The notes under the pieces: model-generated | Databases searched by the model: none | Told to the model about the DNA's origin: nothing | Seen by the model: only the letters and a program-made list of their open reading frames with translations | Translations under genes and position numbers: made by a program | Origin: Candidatus Kapaibacterium sp. | GTDB taxonomy: Bacteria > Bacteroidota > Ignavibacteria > Kapaibacteriales > WFXC01 | DNA length: 64,000 bases | Assembly: GCA_027082775.1 (NCBI GenBank) | Contig: JALWUI010000063.1 | Location: 4,975-68,974, forward strand | Reading direction: 5' to 3' | Shown: positions 48,448 through 58,737 of the stretch, piece after piece | Layout: each line of letters opens with the position of its first letter | How positions within the stretch are numbered: position 1 is the stretch's first letter

Positions 48448-51375
48448 CTACCGGCGCACGAAAAACGGCTGGACTACCGTTGTGGTTCCATACCGGAACT
48501 GGCACACATACATCCCATTGCTCAGCATCGGGAGTACTGGCTGGAAGCAGCGCTGTCTTATGTCCACGTGCTGTTTCCAGAGCAATCGCATTTGTGCATC
48601 GTAGATCGATACGGTCGCTGTGCCGCTGCTTTGCGGTAGCACACTCCAGCAGATGGTAAAGCGCCCATCGTTGACTGAAGGATTGATAGAAAGGTCAAAA
48701 GCTGGGTAATCTCGATGCTCTGCCACTTCTGCTGGCGTCTCTGCGCGCTGAAGCGGAACATACCACAGCCCCGGATGGTACGTTGTGGCGGGATCATCCC
48801 ACTGCGCCTTTGCTGGGAAAAGTTCTACGACACAGGAAGAATCAGTAACAGGCACCAGCACATCATTTGCTTTGCCATCCAATCCGATCAGATGAATCTG
48901 ATCATCATTCGGTGTCCAGCCAGCAATCGCCGCTCGACGGCGTATGCGCCTATCCCAGGACAACTGGTAGATCCGGGTTTGGTAGCTCCGATCGTTGTTT
49001 TCCATTGTATCGATACGGATCAGACACCAGAGTCCCGAAGCAGTCAGCGCCTGCGGCACAATCCACCACTCTGCTTCTACTGGTTCAGGAAAACTCCATT
49101 GCCGGATGACACGCCGGGTTGTGAGATCATAAGCCGTTATGGTGTGGATCTTTTCATTTGGAGCCAGACCGACAATTTCCGTCCAGACCAGGGTGTTGCC
49201 GAAAAGGCGAGCGCGGTGAATCGCCGCCGAAGGAGCTTGACTAACAATTCGCTGCTCTGTCCGGGATCGGTAATCAAAGACAACCAGCGTGTCCGGCTTG
49301 TCAACTCGCCCCGTATCCGGTAAGCGCCATACTACCCGACCTTTTTGATGGTCGAGAATATCGTAGAACCGGGCATCAGCGATGGGATGGTTCCATTCTG
49401 CTAACACGGTATAGGGATGATTGGGTCCCCATACAACTATTTGCACCGAATCACTGCCCCGGTAACTTCGTCGCCACGCCATCACGCTGCCATCCAGATG
49501 GAAATCCTCATTGGTCCAGAGCGTAAAGGTGGGGCGAAGGGCAAGGGATTGAATCGATCGGGTATCGACATCGCCGACATAGAGCGTATCTCTATACTCA
49601 TCGGTCCACCAGATTCGCCGGTTGGCAACGCCGAGCAAGTGGAGGCGGGAGGGGAAGGCGGTATGCGGTTCCCACTGCCACCCATACCGGAGCCGGTCAT
49701 CTTCATAGTTGATGAAAGCAGCAGTCGAATCCTGTACCCATCCTGGCAGTTGCTTCACCTGGTGGTCGCTGACAACCCACGCGATACCGGTGTTACCAGC
49801 AACGACATCGCCAAGTGTCAGCGCTCGTTGCGGTGGGTTGATACTGTAAGCATTGACCGTATCATAGAGCACGCCGGCAAACAACAGCGATTGCACCTTC
49901 CAGTTCCGAAGGTCCGCTCGGTAAAGCAGACAGAAAATGTCATCACCCCGCGTTGGAACAACGCTGGCGAACCGTGCATTCCCCCACAAAAGAGCTACAT
50001 TCTGTGCATTGCTGCCGAACAATGCGCCATTCCCCAGAAAATGTGCTGAATCCAGACTTCGGCTCTGGAGTTTACAATCGTACAGTTTCTTTGTGCCAAG
50101 ATTGACCACAACATAGCTACACATCACATCCGATGGAGTCAGTGAGGGTTCGGTCAACGCAATGCCAATGACTTTTTTCGGTACGGTGTGCAACACCTGC
50201 TTTACCACCACCGAATCCTGGCGTTCCAGAAAACGGAGAATTCGGGCAGCAGCACTGAAGTCCACGTATGCAGCTTCGTATTCTGACAAAAGCGCGATGT
50301 CCGTTGAGTCAAACTCAGTTTCGTAAGCCGAAAATGATTTGTCAGCAAACGGTCGGCGCTTGAGCTGATACTGAAATCCCCATCGGGGATCCACATTCCG
50401 ATCTTGTACCCAGAGGGCGATCCAGAAATCCCGGACCAGCTCAACGAACGAGCGATCGGCACCCACCTGCCGGAGTGCAGAATCAATCCCGGCTCTGCCG
50501 GATAGCGGATTCTGCACAAGGTATCGTAAGAGTGTATCGCCGTACTGTTCCAGACAGTACTTGTAGAACAGCGCTGCTCGCCCGTAGGTTATTTCCGCAT
50601 CTTCTCTTGAAAAATCGGCAAACTGGAGAATTCCTCTTCGCTTGTAAGCTGGAAGCGCTGTCACGAAAGAGTTCACAAACTCATCCCACTGAAAGCCACA
50701 AATATATTCTCCCATCTGCGCCCGTCCTTCTAAGCTGAAGCGTTCTTCTTGCGGATCATATCGATGTTCGATCAGGTGAACCAGTTCGTGGGCAGCCGTG
50801 CCTGCGATTTCAGCAACGGTTCCGGTGCCAAAATTTCGCCAGTTCAGGTAGAGAATATTGCCCTTATTGCTTTTGTCAGTGTCCTTTTGATCCATCGGGC
50901 TGAACCATCCACGCGCAGCGTAGTTGACGTCTGTAACAAGATAGTGGACTGTATCAGCATTGCCCTGTGGGAATTGATTGGGTACAGTCCCAACCCATTG
51001 GTGCAGGAGCGTTCCAATTCCCAGATTGGGATTTTTTGATCCGTCAGGAGTTTGATTCGCCAGGAAATTGAGCAACGTGTCGACTTTCGGTTGAACAGCC
51101 GCATTGCCGGAGAGTGCTGTGTCGATCCATAGCTTGAAAGGGAAGCCACTGTACCCTGTCCGGAAAAGCTGAAAAGTGCGCCGCTGACGGAAGGATTGGG
51201 TAGTATCCACAGGATCCTGAACATCCACGTAGAAATTCCTCAGGGGACCATCCAAAACTTCCTGAATAAACTCAACCGGTTGCTGATATGCCTTCGAAAA
51301 GAAGGCAGGTTCTTGAGCAAAGCTGCTGATCGCGATCAGCAGTGCCAGTGTAATAACACCTTTAGGGATTCCCAT
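48448..51375 (-). CDS. 975-aa secreted putative zinc metalloprotease (HExxH) with T9SS C-terminal sorting domain
   Basis: Signal peptide MGIPKGVITLALLIAISSFAQEP; motif TAAHELVHLIEH; C-terminal CTD (MYVCQFRYGTTTVVQPFFVRR). Confidence 0.55.
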   Translation of the reverse strand: MGIPKGVITLALLIAISSFAQEPAFFSKAYQQPVEFIQEVLDGPLRNFYVDVQDPVDTTQSFRQRRTFQLFRTGYSGFPFKLWIDTALSGNAAVQPKVDTLLNFLANQTPDGSKNPNLGIGTLLHQWVGTVPNQFPQGNADTVHYLVTDVNYAARGWFSPMDQKDTDKSNKGNILYLNWRNFGTGTVAEIAGTAAHELVHLIEHRYDPQEERFSLEGRAQMGEYICGFQWDEFVNSFVTALPAYKRRGILQFADFSREDAEITYGRAALFYKYCLEQYGDTLLRYLVQNPLSGRAGIDSALRQVGADRSFVELVRDFWIALWVQDRNVDPRWGFQYQLKRRPFADKSFSAYETEFDSTDIALLSEYEAAYVDFSAAARILRFLERQDSVVVKQVLHTVPKKVIGIALTEPSLTPSDVMCSYVVVNLGTKKLYDCKLQSRSLDSAHFLGNGALFGSNAQNVALLWGNARFASVVPTRGDDIFCLLYRADLRNWKVQSLLFAGVLYDTVNAYSINPPQRALTLGDVVAGNTGIAWVVSDHQVKQLPGWVQDSTAAFINYEDDRLRYGWQWEPHTAFPSRLHLLGVANRRIWWTDEYRDTLYVGDVDTRSIQSLALRPTFTLWTNEDFHLDGSVMAWRRSYRGSDSVQIVVWGPNHPYTVLAEWNHPIADARFYDILDHQKGRVVWRLPDTGRVDKPDTLVVFDYRSRTEQRIVSQAPSAAIHRARLFGNTLVWTEIVGLAPNEKIHTITAYDLTTRRVIRQWSFPEPVEAEWWIVPQALTASGLWCLIRIDTMENNDRSYQTRIYQLSWDRRIRRRAAIAGWTPNDDQIHLIGLDGKANDVLVPVTDSSCVVELFPAKAQWDDPATTYHPGLWYVPLQRAETPAEVAEHRDYPAFDLSINPSVNDGRFTICWSVLPQSSGTATVSIYDAQMRLLWKQHVDIRQRCFQPVLPMLSNGMYVCQFRYGTTTVVQPFFVRR

Positions 51376-51694
51376 CTTTCATCCCTCCTGTTCTGTTGCA
51401 TTGCCCCATATTCAGTGCCCGGACTCGAAGGGCTCTTTTTTATCGTTTGTTCATTCCCCGAATTCTCTTTCAGGTCTTGACGCCTAACTCTTCCAGCATC
51501 AGAAATGCTGACCGGTGAATCTACCGCATTTTCGGATCCGAGCAAATTTACGTCGAAATTCCTTCCCAGCAAGGGAAAATTTTTGCAAATGTCCCGCAGG
51601 GGACAGGTGTTGATGATGATTCCTGCCGGGAAGCAAAGGAACGCTGGGTTTGAGGGTTCCCATAATTGACATTCCCCAAGTGTGGACACAATAC

Positions 51695-51762
51695 TGCAAA
51701 TTCACGCTACTTGCTGCCCGAATGCAATAGTGCTTTTCCCAACAAATGTTATTGTTTCAGCA
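51695..51762 (-). promoter_or_regulatory. Conserved upstream motif plus -33/-7-like promoter (copy 3), about 320 nt upstream of the HExxH protein gene
   Basis: Gene-sense sequence ...AACATTTGTTGGGAAAAGCACTATTGCATTCGGGCAGCAAGTAGCGTGAATTTG. A weaker related block lies at about 51545-51600. Confidence 0.4.
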
Positions 51763-51806
51763 ACACAGTTTCCCATCTTCTCATTCTCCGGAATAGGAGG
51801 AAATGA

Positions 51807-53387
51807 CTACTGCGGCACCAGCTCGTGCCATTGAAGGAATTTCAATGCTGGCATTCGTCCGCTGCTTTCTTTCCACTGCTGCTGCCGCTTCTGTTGATAA
51901 TACTCCGTGATTGATATCCCCTGCACCTTGGCTTCCAGCCAGGTAACCAGGTCAAACTCGATCGATTCTCGTGCCAAAGCCTCTGAAAAGATGCGATAGA
52001 TGCGCTGGTAGAACGGCTGCTCCTCCGGCAGTCGATGTGCTGCAAAGGTGCTCGGCATCCGCTCTACTATACGTCGCACTGCACGTACCACCGGAACAAA
52101 AGCTGGATACTGCCGGACGAACCGGCGAAGACGCTCCAGTAACCGTTCCAACGCCTCAATGTCCTGCTGCTCCCAGGCAATGATGCATAAAAGGAGTCGG
52201 ACCACAAAGCCAATTTGCTGCAACAGTCGTTGCGAGGTATGATCGTAAGCGGCTTCCAGATACTGGCGGGCAAGGTCGTATTCCTGTAACCAGAAAGCGA
52301 TGCAGCCCAGGTGGTATAAAGCCACTTTGTAAAAATATGGATACTGTCGGCGATAGTGCTGCAGTATCTTTTCAACGTGCGACCGGTCATTGAAAATGTT
52401 GTCGAAGCTCCCTAATTCCAGAGCTAAATACAGGACGATGTTCAGATACAACATATCCATTTCGTTTTTGATTGCAGCATCCGATTGCTGCCGGAGCCGT
52501 ATAATTTCCGCAAAGCACCGCTCGACGATCGCTGCGTTTCGGGCTGCTGTTGCAGCAACGACCTGATTATGCAATGCACTGAAATATGCCGGTAAATAAA
52601 GGTGTTTTCGACTTTCGGCGATCTGGAAATACCGAAGAAGCTGTTCATAGCATTGCACTGCTTTGTCCGGTTGTCCCTGTATGTTCCACAGCAGCGCTTC
52701 GGTGTTCCACCGCAGAAATGGGATGGGAAACGGGTCTGCTTCATAAGCAGGAATCTTCTGGAGTTGCTCGATAACCATAGGAGCAACTGTTGCAGCTTCG
52801 GAACTGGAAATCCGAATTTCTCCTTCAACGTACCACGAATACCATCGAGCATTTAACAGAAGCAATTGCACATATCGTTGAGTCTGGTCCAGGGCAGTCT
52901 GCAAGTGCTCGAAACTCTTACGTAATTCCTCGTGATCCAGCAGTTGGAGGTTTCGATGCAGATGGTACTCAAGCTGTAGCGCCATTGCTGCCAGCTTTTG
53001 AATAGGATCACCAGCGGTATCGGCTGAGCGATAGGTTTTTGCCACAGCCTTTAAAGCATCGCTATCCTGCCTCCACTCAAAAGCAAAGCGAGAAAGAACC
53101 AGATCAAACAATATAGTACTTTGTTTGTCCTGTTGCATTAGCACGTATGCTCCGATCTGCAATACCTTGGTGTACACTTTATGCCGCAGTGCTCGAAGAT
53201 CTGTCTGAATTCCTTGCTGCTGGAGCGCAGAGCGCAACTGTTGATCGTCCCATTCTGGGTACTGCTCCAGAAGACTCAGAAAAGACTTTTCCACCTCCGT
53301 CAGTTGAATCCGTATTCCCTGCTTGATCCGCCTCCGCCACACTGGCGGCAAGGCGCGCAGGAGCTGATCCAGTTTGTGATCTGCCAT
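51807..53387 (-). CDS. Hypothetical all-alpha cytoplasmic protein, paralog 2
   Basis: Full-length similarity to 38015..39613. Start assigned to MADHKLDQLL by alignment with its paralog. A conserved element, CATAAA(T)TTAGCRAATTG, lies 35-45 nt upstream of both paralogs. Confidence 0.6.
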   Translation of the reverse strand: MADHKLDQLLRALPPVWRRRIKQGIRIQLTEVEKSFLSLLEQYPEWDDQQLRSALQQQGIQTDLRALRHKVYTKVLQIGAYVLMQQDKQSTILFDLVLSRFAFEWRQDSDALKAVAKTYRSADTAGDPIQKLAAMALQLEYHLHRNLQLLDHEELRKSFEHLQTALDQTQRYVQLLLLNARWYSWYVEGEIRISSSEAATVAPMVIEQLQKIPAYEADPFPIPFLRWNTEALLWNIQGQPDKAVQCYEQLLRYFQIAESRKHLYLPAYFSALHNQVVAATAARNAAIVERCFAEIIRLRQQSDAAIKNEMDMLYLNIVLYLALELGSFDNIFNDRSHVEKILQHYRRQYPYFYKVALYHLGCIAFWLQEYDLARQYLEAAYDHTSQRLLQQIGFVVRLLLCIIAWEQQDIEALERLLERLRRFVRQYPAFVPVVRAVRRIVERMPSTFAAHRLPEEQPFYQRIYRIFSEALARESIEFDLVTWLEAKVQGISITEYYQQKRQQQWKESSGRMPALKFLQWHELVPQ

Positions 53388-54012
53388 CACTTTTCTGTTG
53401 CTATCTGTCACAGACCCACCAGACATAAAATTAGCGAATTGAGTCCGAATAGTTGCTGCATTTTTCACGTGCTGAAAAGATGCACTCCTTTTTCTGCCAC
53501 ACTTTATTCAAACGGGAAGAAAACGGCAGAGGCTTTGTGCTCATTCCACCGCCCAGCGCAGAGAGCAGAGCAATGTCGAATCCTTCGAGGATAACACAAA
53601 AGGGACAAAGAATAAAAAGAAGCGAGCGTTGCTCGAAAGCGCGTCTTTGGTCTTCGGGTCTCAGAAACAAAGGACCCAGTATGTACGAGAGCGATCTACA
53701 ACGGTAGCTGGTGCAACCAGTAGCTCAGGCTCCATAAAGAACCAATCCTCTGGCAGTAGCACCACCGGGCTTGTTCCTCGACGGGAAAACACCTGCCGAT
53801 TTCGCAGGATCAGCGTGATCAGATCTTTTCATTTTTCGACCCAACTACCCGTGACCACCCCATCGCTGTATGTGCTGGAATGCGGAGTCGGGGAATACTG
53901 AGGCGATGCTGCTGGCGTTCCTCAGACATCAATGGAATCCCATTGCAAATGCCCTGCTGTATTGGAAGTCAGGAGCTTTGGAGGTTTGATTCAACCAGCA
54001 CCCGTACTGGAG

Positions 54013-56823
54013 TTATCGAGCGACCACAAACGGGTATGTTACAACATCGCGTTCCAGATGTACCACCACCATATAGATTCCCGATGGTAGTGCCGGGATA
54101 CTGAGCGTGTAGCCCCCTGCTTTGTGGAATCCTTCAGCAAGAGCGGCAACAGTGCGGCCCATCAGATCGACGATGGCTATCCGGATCGGCTGTGATGCCG
54201 GTAAGTGGTAATGGAGTCGAGCACCTTCAACAACGGGAAGCGGTTCTATCCAGAGTTTCAGGGGCACCGAGCGCCTGGGCTGCATTCCCGTTGTTTCTTT
54301 GATGGATTCCGAAAGTGCAAACCGAATTTCCCGACTATTGGTACCAAGGTTGGGAATACTGTCGCCATCGGTATCAAGGACATATACCCGAACTTTTTCC
54401 AGCCCAGCAGTATCGTTGCTTTGTTCCCGATCGTGGAGATATCCTATCCACGGAATGCCTAAGGTCTGACCACATTCGAAGACACGCACAGCGTGCCCGC
54501 CTCGGGGATGTCCGGCCGAATCATACGAAAACACGATCTCTACGTCTTCGCCTCGCCGGATTTCATCGCAAATCCATTGCCAGCTTACCACGGCTCCGCT
54601 ATCATAAGAGGTAATGCCGCTACTGGTGAAGTTTCCTGGCGGCAGCGCCTGTCCCTGCGTTGAGTCTCCATATCCTCTTCCCTGATGCTTGTGAACTAAT
54701 GCATCCCGCAACCCACTCCGTGCTAAGTAGGCAAACTTCCCACGGAGCATAGGCTGGAACCATACCCCATAACCTGAATCTCGTCGAGGCGCGATACGGC
54801 GGGCCAAACTATCCAGCCATCCAACGATACTGACTGTGTCACCTCGTAGCCCGGGCCGATGAGCGTGTGGAATATTGAGTTCGTATCGGTTCTTTAGATA
54901 CTGCAAGCTGTTAGCAACCGCCATTGGAAAGCACTGATTCTTTGCTGCTTGAACATTTGTGTCGTTCGGTTGCGTAACTTTCCAGGAAAGTCCCGATGGA
55001 TCGAAGATGATCATATTCGGAGACGGTGGGACACCAATATGCGAGACCGTTCCTTCCCCCGCTCCTTCTGCATTCCAGACAACCCGATCCACAGGAAATG
55101 CCAATCGAGGTCCATCACCAAACGATGGTACAGGCTTGGGAGTAAAAATCAAGTAGCCTGACAGCGTGTCTACTTTTTGTCCATCCTCAGCTGCCAGAGC
55201 AAAGTACGTCACTACCTCCGTATCCGTGGAATCAACCCAGAGGTTTTGGACCACCCACCCAAGGTCCGTGAAAAGGTTGAGATATCCTCCCGAAAGATCA
55301 GCCGCTCCCGTCAGGGTAGGTCGATCAACACTGAGTCGTCCCCACGCCGAGAAAGGTTCCTCAATGCCGGAGAAGGAGAAATGCACCTGCTGGATCTCAA
55401 CGCCCTGTCCCGGTTCAACACGGTTCGGCGACGTGACGCTGAAGGACAGCGAGTCACTCCAGGATCCCCATGCGCCCGCTTTGTCTTCTGCCCGCACACG
55501 CCACCACCATTGTCCCGATGAGAGAGAAGCGATCCGAGGCACAGTAATGCTGTCAGGTTCACCACTGGCTACCCAGTCGGTCTGATACGTTCGCACATCC
55601 GTACCCTGCCACACTGCTATTTCGTAGCGTACGGAGTCACCGTTGGGATCTTCTCCGCGTACCACAAAGGTTGGCGTTGGTCCTTGCTGTGCAGCACTAT
55701 CGGGAGACAGCATCGCTGGAATCGACGGAGGAAAATTGCTGATGCTAAGCCGATACGCCTCTATTCTCTGCGATGTGCCATTGTATCCCTGTCCCACAAT
55801 CACGGTGCCGTCGGGGGTAATGGCAGTTGGAGTGCCAAGTAGCGAACTATCTTGTAGCAGCGCTGCATAGGTGTAGGAAAGATCCTCAAATCCTGTTTGT
55901 GCCGTCCAGCGGAATATTCTCTCTTCGCCGGAAGAAGCTATCCATCGCCCAAGGATTGTGGGATCGGAAGATCCCATCGAGGCAGTAGTGTTCGAAACAA
56001 CGAGAGCTTCGCTGGGTTTGATGTCATCGGGGAGAGGAAGCACATATACCTCTGCTGGTGAGTGCCGGAGATCCCATACTGCTGCTAAGGGGGTCAGGGA
56101 AGTGTCAGCCACAGCCCCAACGACGAACGTTCCATCTGGCGAAATTGCTCGCGCAAATGCATAGAGATAGTTTGCAGGAACAGGAAGTTGTTCCACAACA
56201 TAGCTATCTCCTTTCCGGCGCCATAAGAGAACGATGAACGCTCCTTTGTCTGTTCGGAGAATGCCGAGAATTTCATCACCATTTGCTGAAACATCTACAG
56301 CCTCAGCTTCACCATCTTTCGGTAAAGGTAGTTCCGAGAACTCTCCCATAGAATTCCACCAGCAAGCATGAGAGATACCGACAGAATCTACCCAGCTACC
56401 GACTATGACGCGCCCGTTTTGCGAGATGCTTCGGGCAATGGCATACCACGTTCCTTCTGGAACAGAAAGGGCAATGATTGTGTCAGCGCGGCGGAGAAAT
56501 GGTTGAAGATCATCGCCTTCCTCCGGAACGCCAATGCCTACCACCGTTTCACCATCTCCCGCGATATCGTACCCTTGAAGCTGGATCCACGAAGTGTTAA
56601 TTGGAGTATGTGACTGAGTACTGCTTTCCCACAGCGTTGTGAGAACCTGCATCAGTGTTGTATCGTGTGACTGCACCAGCACTTTGCTGCCGTCAGGAGT
56701 CAGAGCCAGAGCTCGGCTGGAAGCATATCCGGAAGAGGTTCCCAGCCAATCCAGATTTTGCGCGGCGAGAGAAGTTGTTGTCAAAAGTATCAATAGCCAT
56801 TTGGGGACAAGGTGCTGTTTCAT
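54013..56823 (-). CDS. 936-aa secreted protein with HAF-like and FN3-like modules and T9SS C-terminal sorting domain
   Basis: Signal peptide; degenerate ..S..G..vVG repeats; an FN3-like module similar to one in the HAF-metzincin protein (PNGDSVRYEIAVW...WWWRVRAEDKAGAWGSWSD); CTD (GIYMVVVHLERDVVTYPFVVAR). Confidence 0.55.
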   Translation of the reverse strand: MKQHLVPKWLLILLTTTSLAAQNLDWLGTSSGYASSRALALTPDGSKVLVQSHDTTLMQVLTTLWESSTQSHTPINTSWIQLQGYDIAGDGETVVGIGVPEEGDDLQPFLRRADTIIALSVPEGTWYAIARSISQNGRVIVGSWVDSVGISHACWWNSMGEFSELPLPKDGEAEAVDVSANGDEILGILRTDKGAFIVLLWRRKGDSYVVEQLPVPANYLYAFARAISPDGTFVVGAVADTSLTPLAAVWDLRHSPAEVYVLPLPDDIKPSEALVVSNTTASMGSSDPTILGRWIASSGEERIFRWTAQTGFEDLSYTYAALLQDSSLLGTPTAITPDGTVIVGQGYNGTSQRIEAYRLSISNFPPSIPAMLSPDSAAQQGPTPTFVVRGEDPNGDSVRYEIAVWQGTDVRTYQTDWVASGEPDSITVPRIASLSSGQWWWRVRAEDKAGAWGSWSDSLSFSVTSPNRVEPGQGVEIQQVHFSFSGIEEPFSAWGRLSVDRPTLTGAADLSGGYLNLFTDLGWVVQNLWVDSTDTEVVTYFALAAEDGQKVDTLSGYLIFTPKPVPSFGDGPRLAFPVDRVVWNAEGAGEGTVSHIGVPPSPNMIIFDPSGLSWKVTQPNDTNVQAAKNQCFPMAVANSLQYLKNRYELNIPHAHRPGLRGDTVSIVGWLDSLARRIAPRRDSGYGVWFQPMLRGKFAYLARSGLRDALVHKHQGRGYGDSTQGQALPPGNFTSSGITSYDSGAVVSWQWICDEIRRGEDVEIVFSYDSAGHPRGGHAVRVFECGQTLGIPWIGYLHDREQSNDTAGLEKVRVYVLDTDGDSIPNLGTNSREIRFALSESIKETTGMQPRRSVPLKLWIEPLPVVEGARLHYHLPASQPIRIAIVDLMGRTVAALAEGFHKAGGYTLSIPALPSGIYMVVVHLERDVVTYPFVVAR

Positions 56824-57021
56824 CGCTTGCTCCTTCCGAATGGTTTCACATCAGGAATAAACAAATTTCCACTGGTGATCGGACAATTCTTCTGGTCATC
56901 GCTAACTTTGCTGCTGATTGAAGACGACCAATTGTCAGCACTTTTTCCCATCGGGTGAGAGTCCTGCCGTTTCTTCGTTCTTTCCATTGGAAGTTCGCAC
57001 ACGGATAGCACGAGCGTTTCT

Positions 57022-58668
57022 TCAGCACGGCTGTCCATCCAGTCCCTGTTGTCCCTGTTGAACATTGACTGCGTTTCCCGGATTGCCACCCTGACCGAGA
57101 CGACCATTGGGTGGAGGTGCGCCCCATCCACCATTTCCTCCATTACCGGATAGCCCATCAGTATTGCCTGCATTGCCAATTCCGTCGCCATTGCCAGGCA
57201 GACCGGGATATGCTTCTGCATCTCCTCCTTTACCACCATCACCACCCTGAAACGGTGGCTGGCAACACCATCCACCATCGCCACCATCACCACCATAGGC
57301 GGTTGCATTTCCGCCGTTCCCCCCGGTACTGTTTCCAACACGCTTTAGAGGAGCCGGGACGGCGACGACGAAATCTCCGCCCTTGCCTCCTCTGGCTATA
57401 GCCTTTCCGCCGTCGCCACCGTGGCAGGGACCGGAACTACAATTATCATCTTTTCCCTTCCCGCCGTCACCGCCGAACGCTATAGCATTTCCTCCCTGTC
57501 CCCCAACTGCATTCACACCTATGGTGATTTTGTCGAGCCCAATGATATTTCCCCAGTACCTTACTTGCCAATTGACGGATCCACCATTACCGCCAATAGC
57601 CGTGGCATTACATCCGTTCTCCCCAGGACATCCTGCCTTACCGTCCAATGCCTCTGCGTGGGCATTTCCTCCCTTGCCTCCATTGCCAAGATTGAATCTT
57701 AAGTTGTCGTGGACGACAATTGCTTGGTTTAAGCCAAAGAAATCAACTTCGACTCTGAATAAGCCAGGTTTCCCTCCTTTGCCGCCTCTTGCTCGCGCAG
57801 GACAGCAGTCAACAGCAGTTGCATTTCCTCCGGGACCTCCAGATCCCAGATTGAAGGTTACATCACCGTAAAACTCAATGCGGTTGGTGGCGCGGAGAAC
57901 TACAGATCCACCTCTTCCCCCTCTACCTCCAATAGCATTGCATTTACTTTTATCTTTTCCGCGTTTGCCGTGAGGGAGATCATAAGTCGTTGATTTTCTT
58001 GCTCGACTGCCAACATTGAGCTGGCCCCAGATATATACCCATATGCTCCGCCCACTGCTGTCTTTACGAAACTTAATAGGGGGTAGCCAGACAGGTGGTG
58101 GAAAAACAAAAACTTTGTGTGCCTTGATAGGGGTACTCATTACAGGATTTCGGCGGGAGTCTCCAAACGGGCTTTTCCCCACGCCAATTCCCGGACCATA
58201 GTGCTCTATTTGCTGGATGTCCATTTCCAACTGCTCCGGCGTTGGTACCAATTCGGGAGAACTTACCAGGATGAAATTTCCTCCCGGCTCCACCATCGCC
58301 TCTGGTCCACATTCCAGTCCTCCCGGTACGATTAGCACTAAATCTCCGCCACTACGGATCCGACCGTTCAGGGTCAGTTTCCCCGTGCAGTGAATGGTCA
58401 GGGGACCTGTAGCCGTTACCATTGCCCCTTCCGCTATCGTTAAGTTTCCTGCCCGGTACACTTCTGCTGCCTGGACTGTTTCCGTAATAATGCGGTCGGG
58501 AAATTCCTTGCTTTTCCGGATTTCAGACCCTTCCTGCTGCCCACCAGAGCGTGTGATTGTCCCGTCAGGTTCAGTGAGGAGCGTCGAGGGTTTCTCCTGA
58601 CAGCCGGATACCATCCAGACCAGAAGAAAGCTCAAGAAGATCATTCCTGCTGTGATAAATTTTCTCAT
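57022..58668 (-). CDS. Glycine-rich repeat lipoprotein (GGxGGxAxA/GGDGG units, beta-roll-like periodicity)
   Basis: Lipobox LVWMVSGC. The C-terminal ~300 aa are dominated by GGNGGNATAYGGDGGDGG, GGDGGKGGDAEAY and GGQGGNAIAFGGDGGKGKDD repeats. Confidence 0.55.
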   Translation of the reverse strand: MRKFITAGMIFLSFLLVWMVSGCQEKPSTLLTEPDGTITRSGGQQEGSEIRKSKEFPDRIITETVQAAEVYRAGNLTIAEGAMVTATGPLTIHCTGKLTLNGRIRSGGDLVLIVPGGLECGPEAMVEPGGNFILVSSPELVPTPEQLEMDIQQIEHYGPGIGVGKSPFGDSRRNPVMSTPIKAHKVFVFPPPVWLPPIKFRKDSSGRSIWVYIWGQLNVGSRARKSTTYDLPHGKRGKDKSKCNAIGGRGGRGGSVVLRATNRIEFYGDVTFNLGSGGPGGNATAVDCCPARARGGKGGKPGLFRVEVDFFGLNQAIVVHDNLRFNLGNGGKGGNAHAEALDGKAGCPGENGCNATAIGGNGGSVNWQVRYWGNIIGLDKITIGVNAVGGQGGNAIAFGGDGGKGKDDNCSSGPCHGGDGGKAIARGGKGGDFVVAVPAPLKRVGNSTGGNGGNATAYGGDGGDGGWCCQPPFQGGDGGKGGDAEAYPGLPGNGDGIGNAGNTDGLSGNGGNGGWGAPPPNGRLGQGGNPGNAVNVQQGQQGLDGQPC

Positions 58669-58737
58669 TGCTCAGCTCCTTTTGATTGAACACCTTAACT
58701 GAACAACAGTCTCTCCTTATTGCTGAATTCAACTTAC

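Noticed and set aside
51375-51710. A 320-nt gap between the conserved promoter motif and the HExxH protease start; considered whether a small gene or ncRNA lies there.
   Set aside because: There is no ORF with coding signal and no recognisable RNA fold. A weaker second copy of the motif and a -7-like box lie at about 51545-51600. A long 5' UTR or tandem promoters is the more conservative reading.
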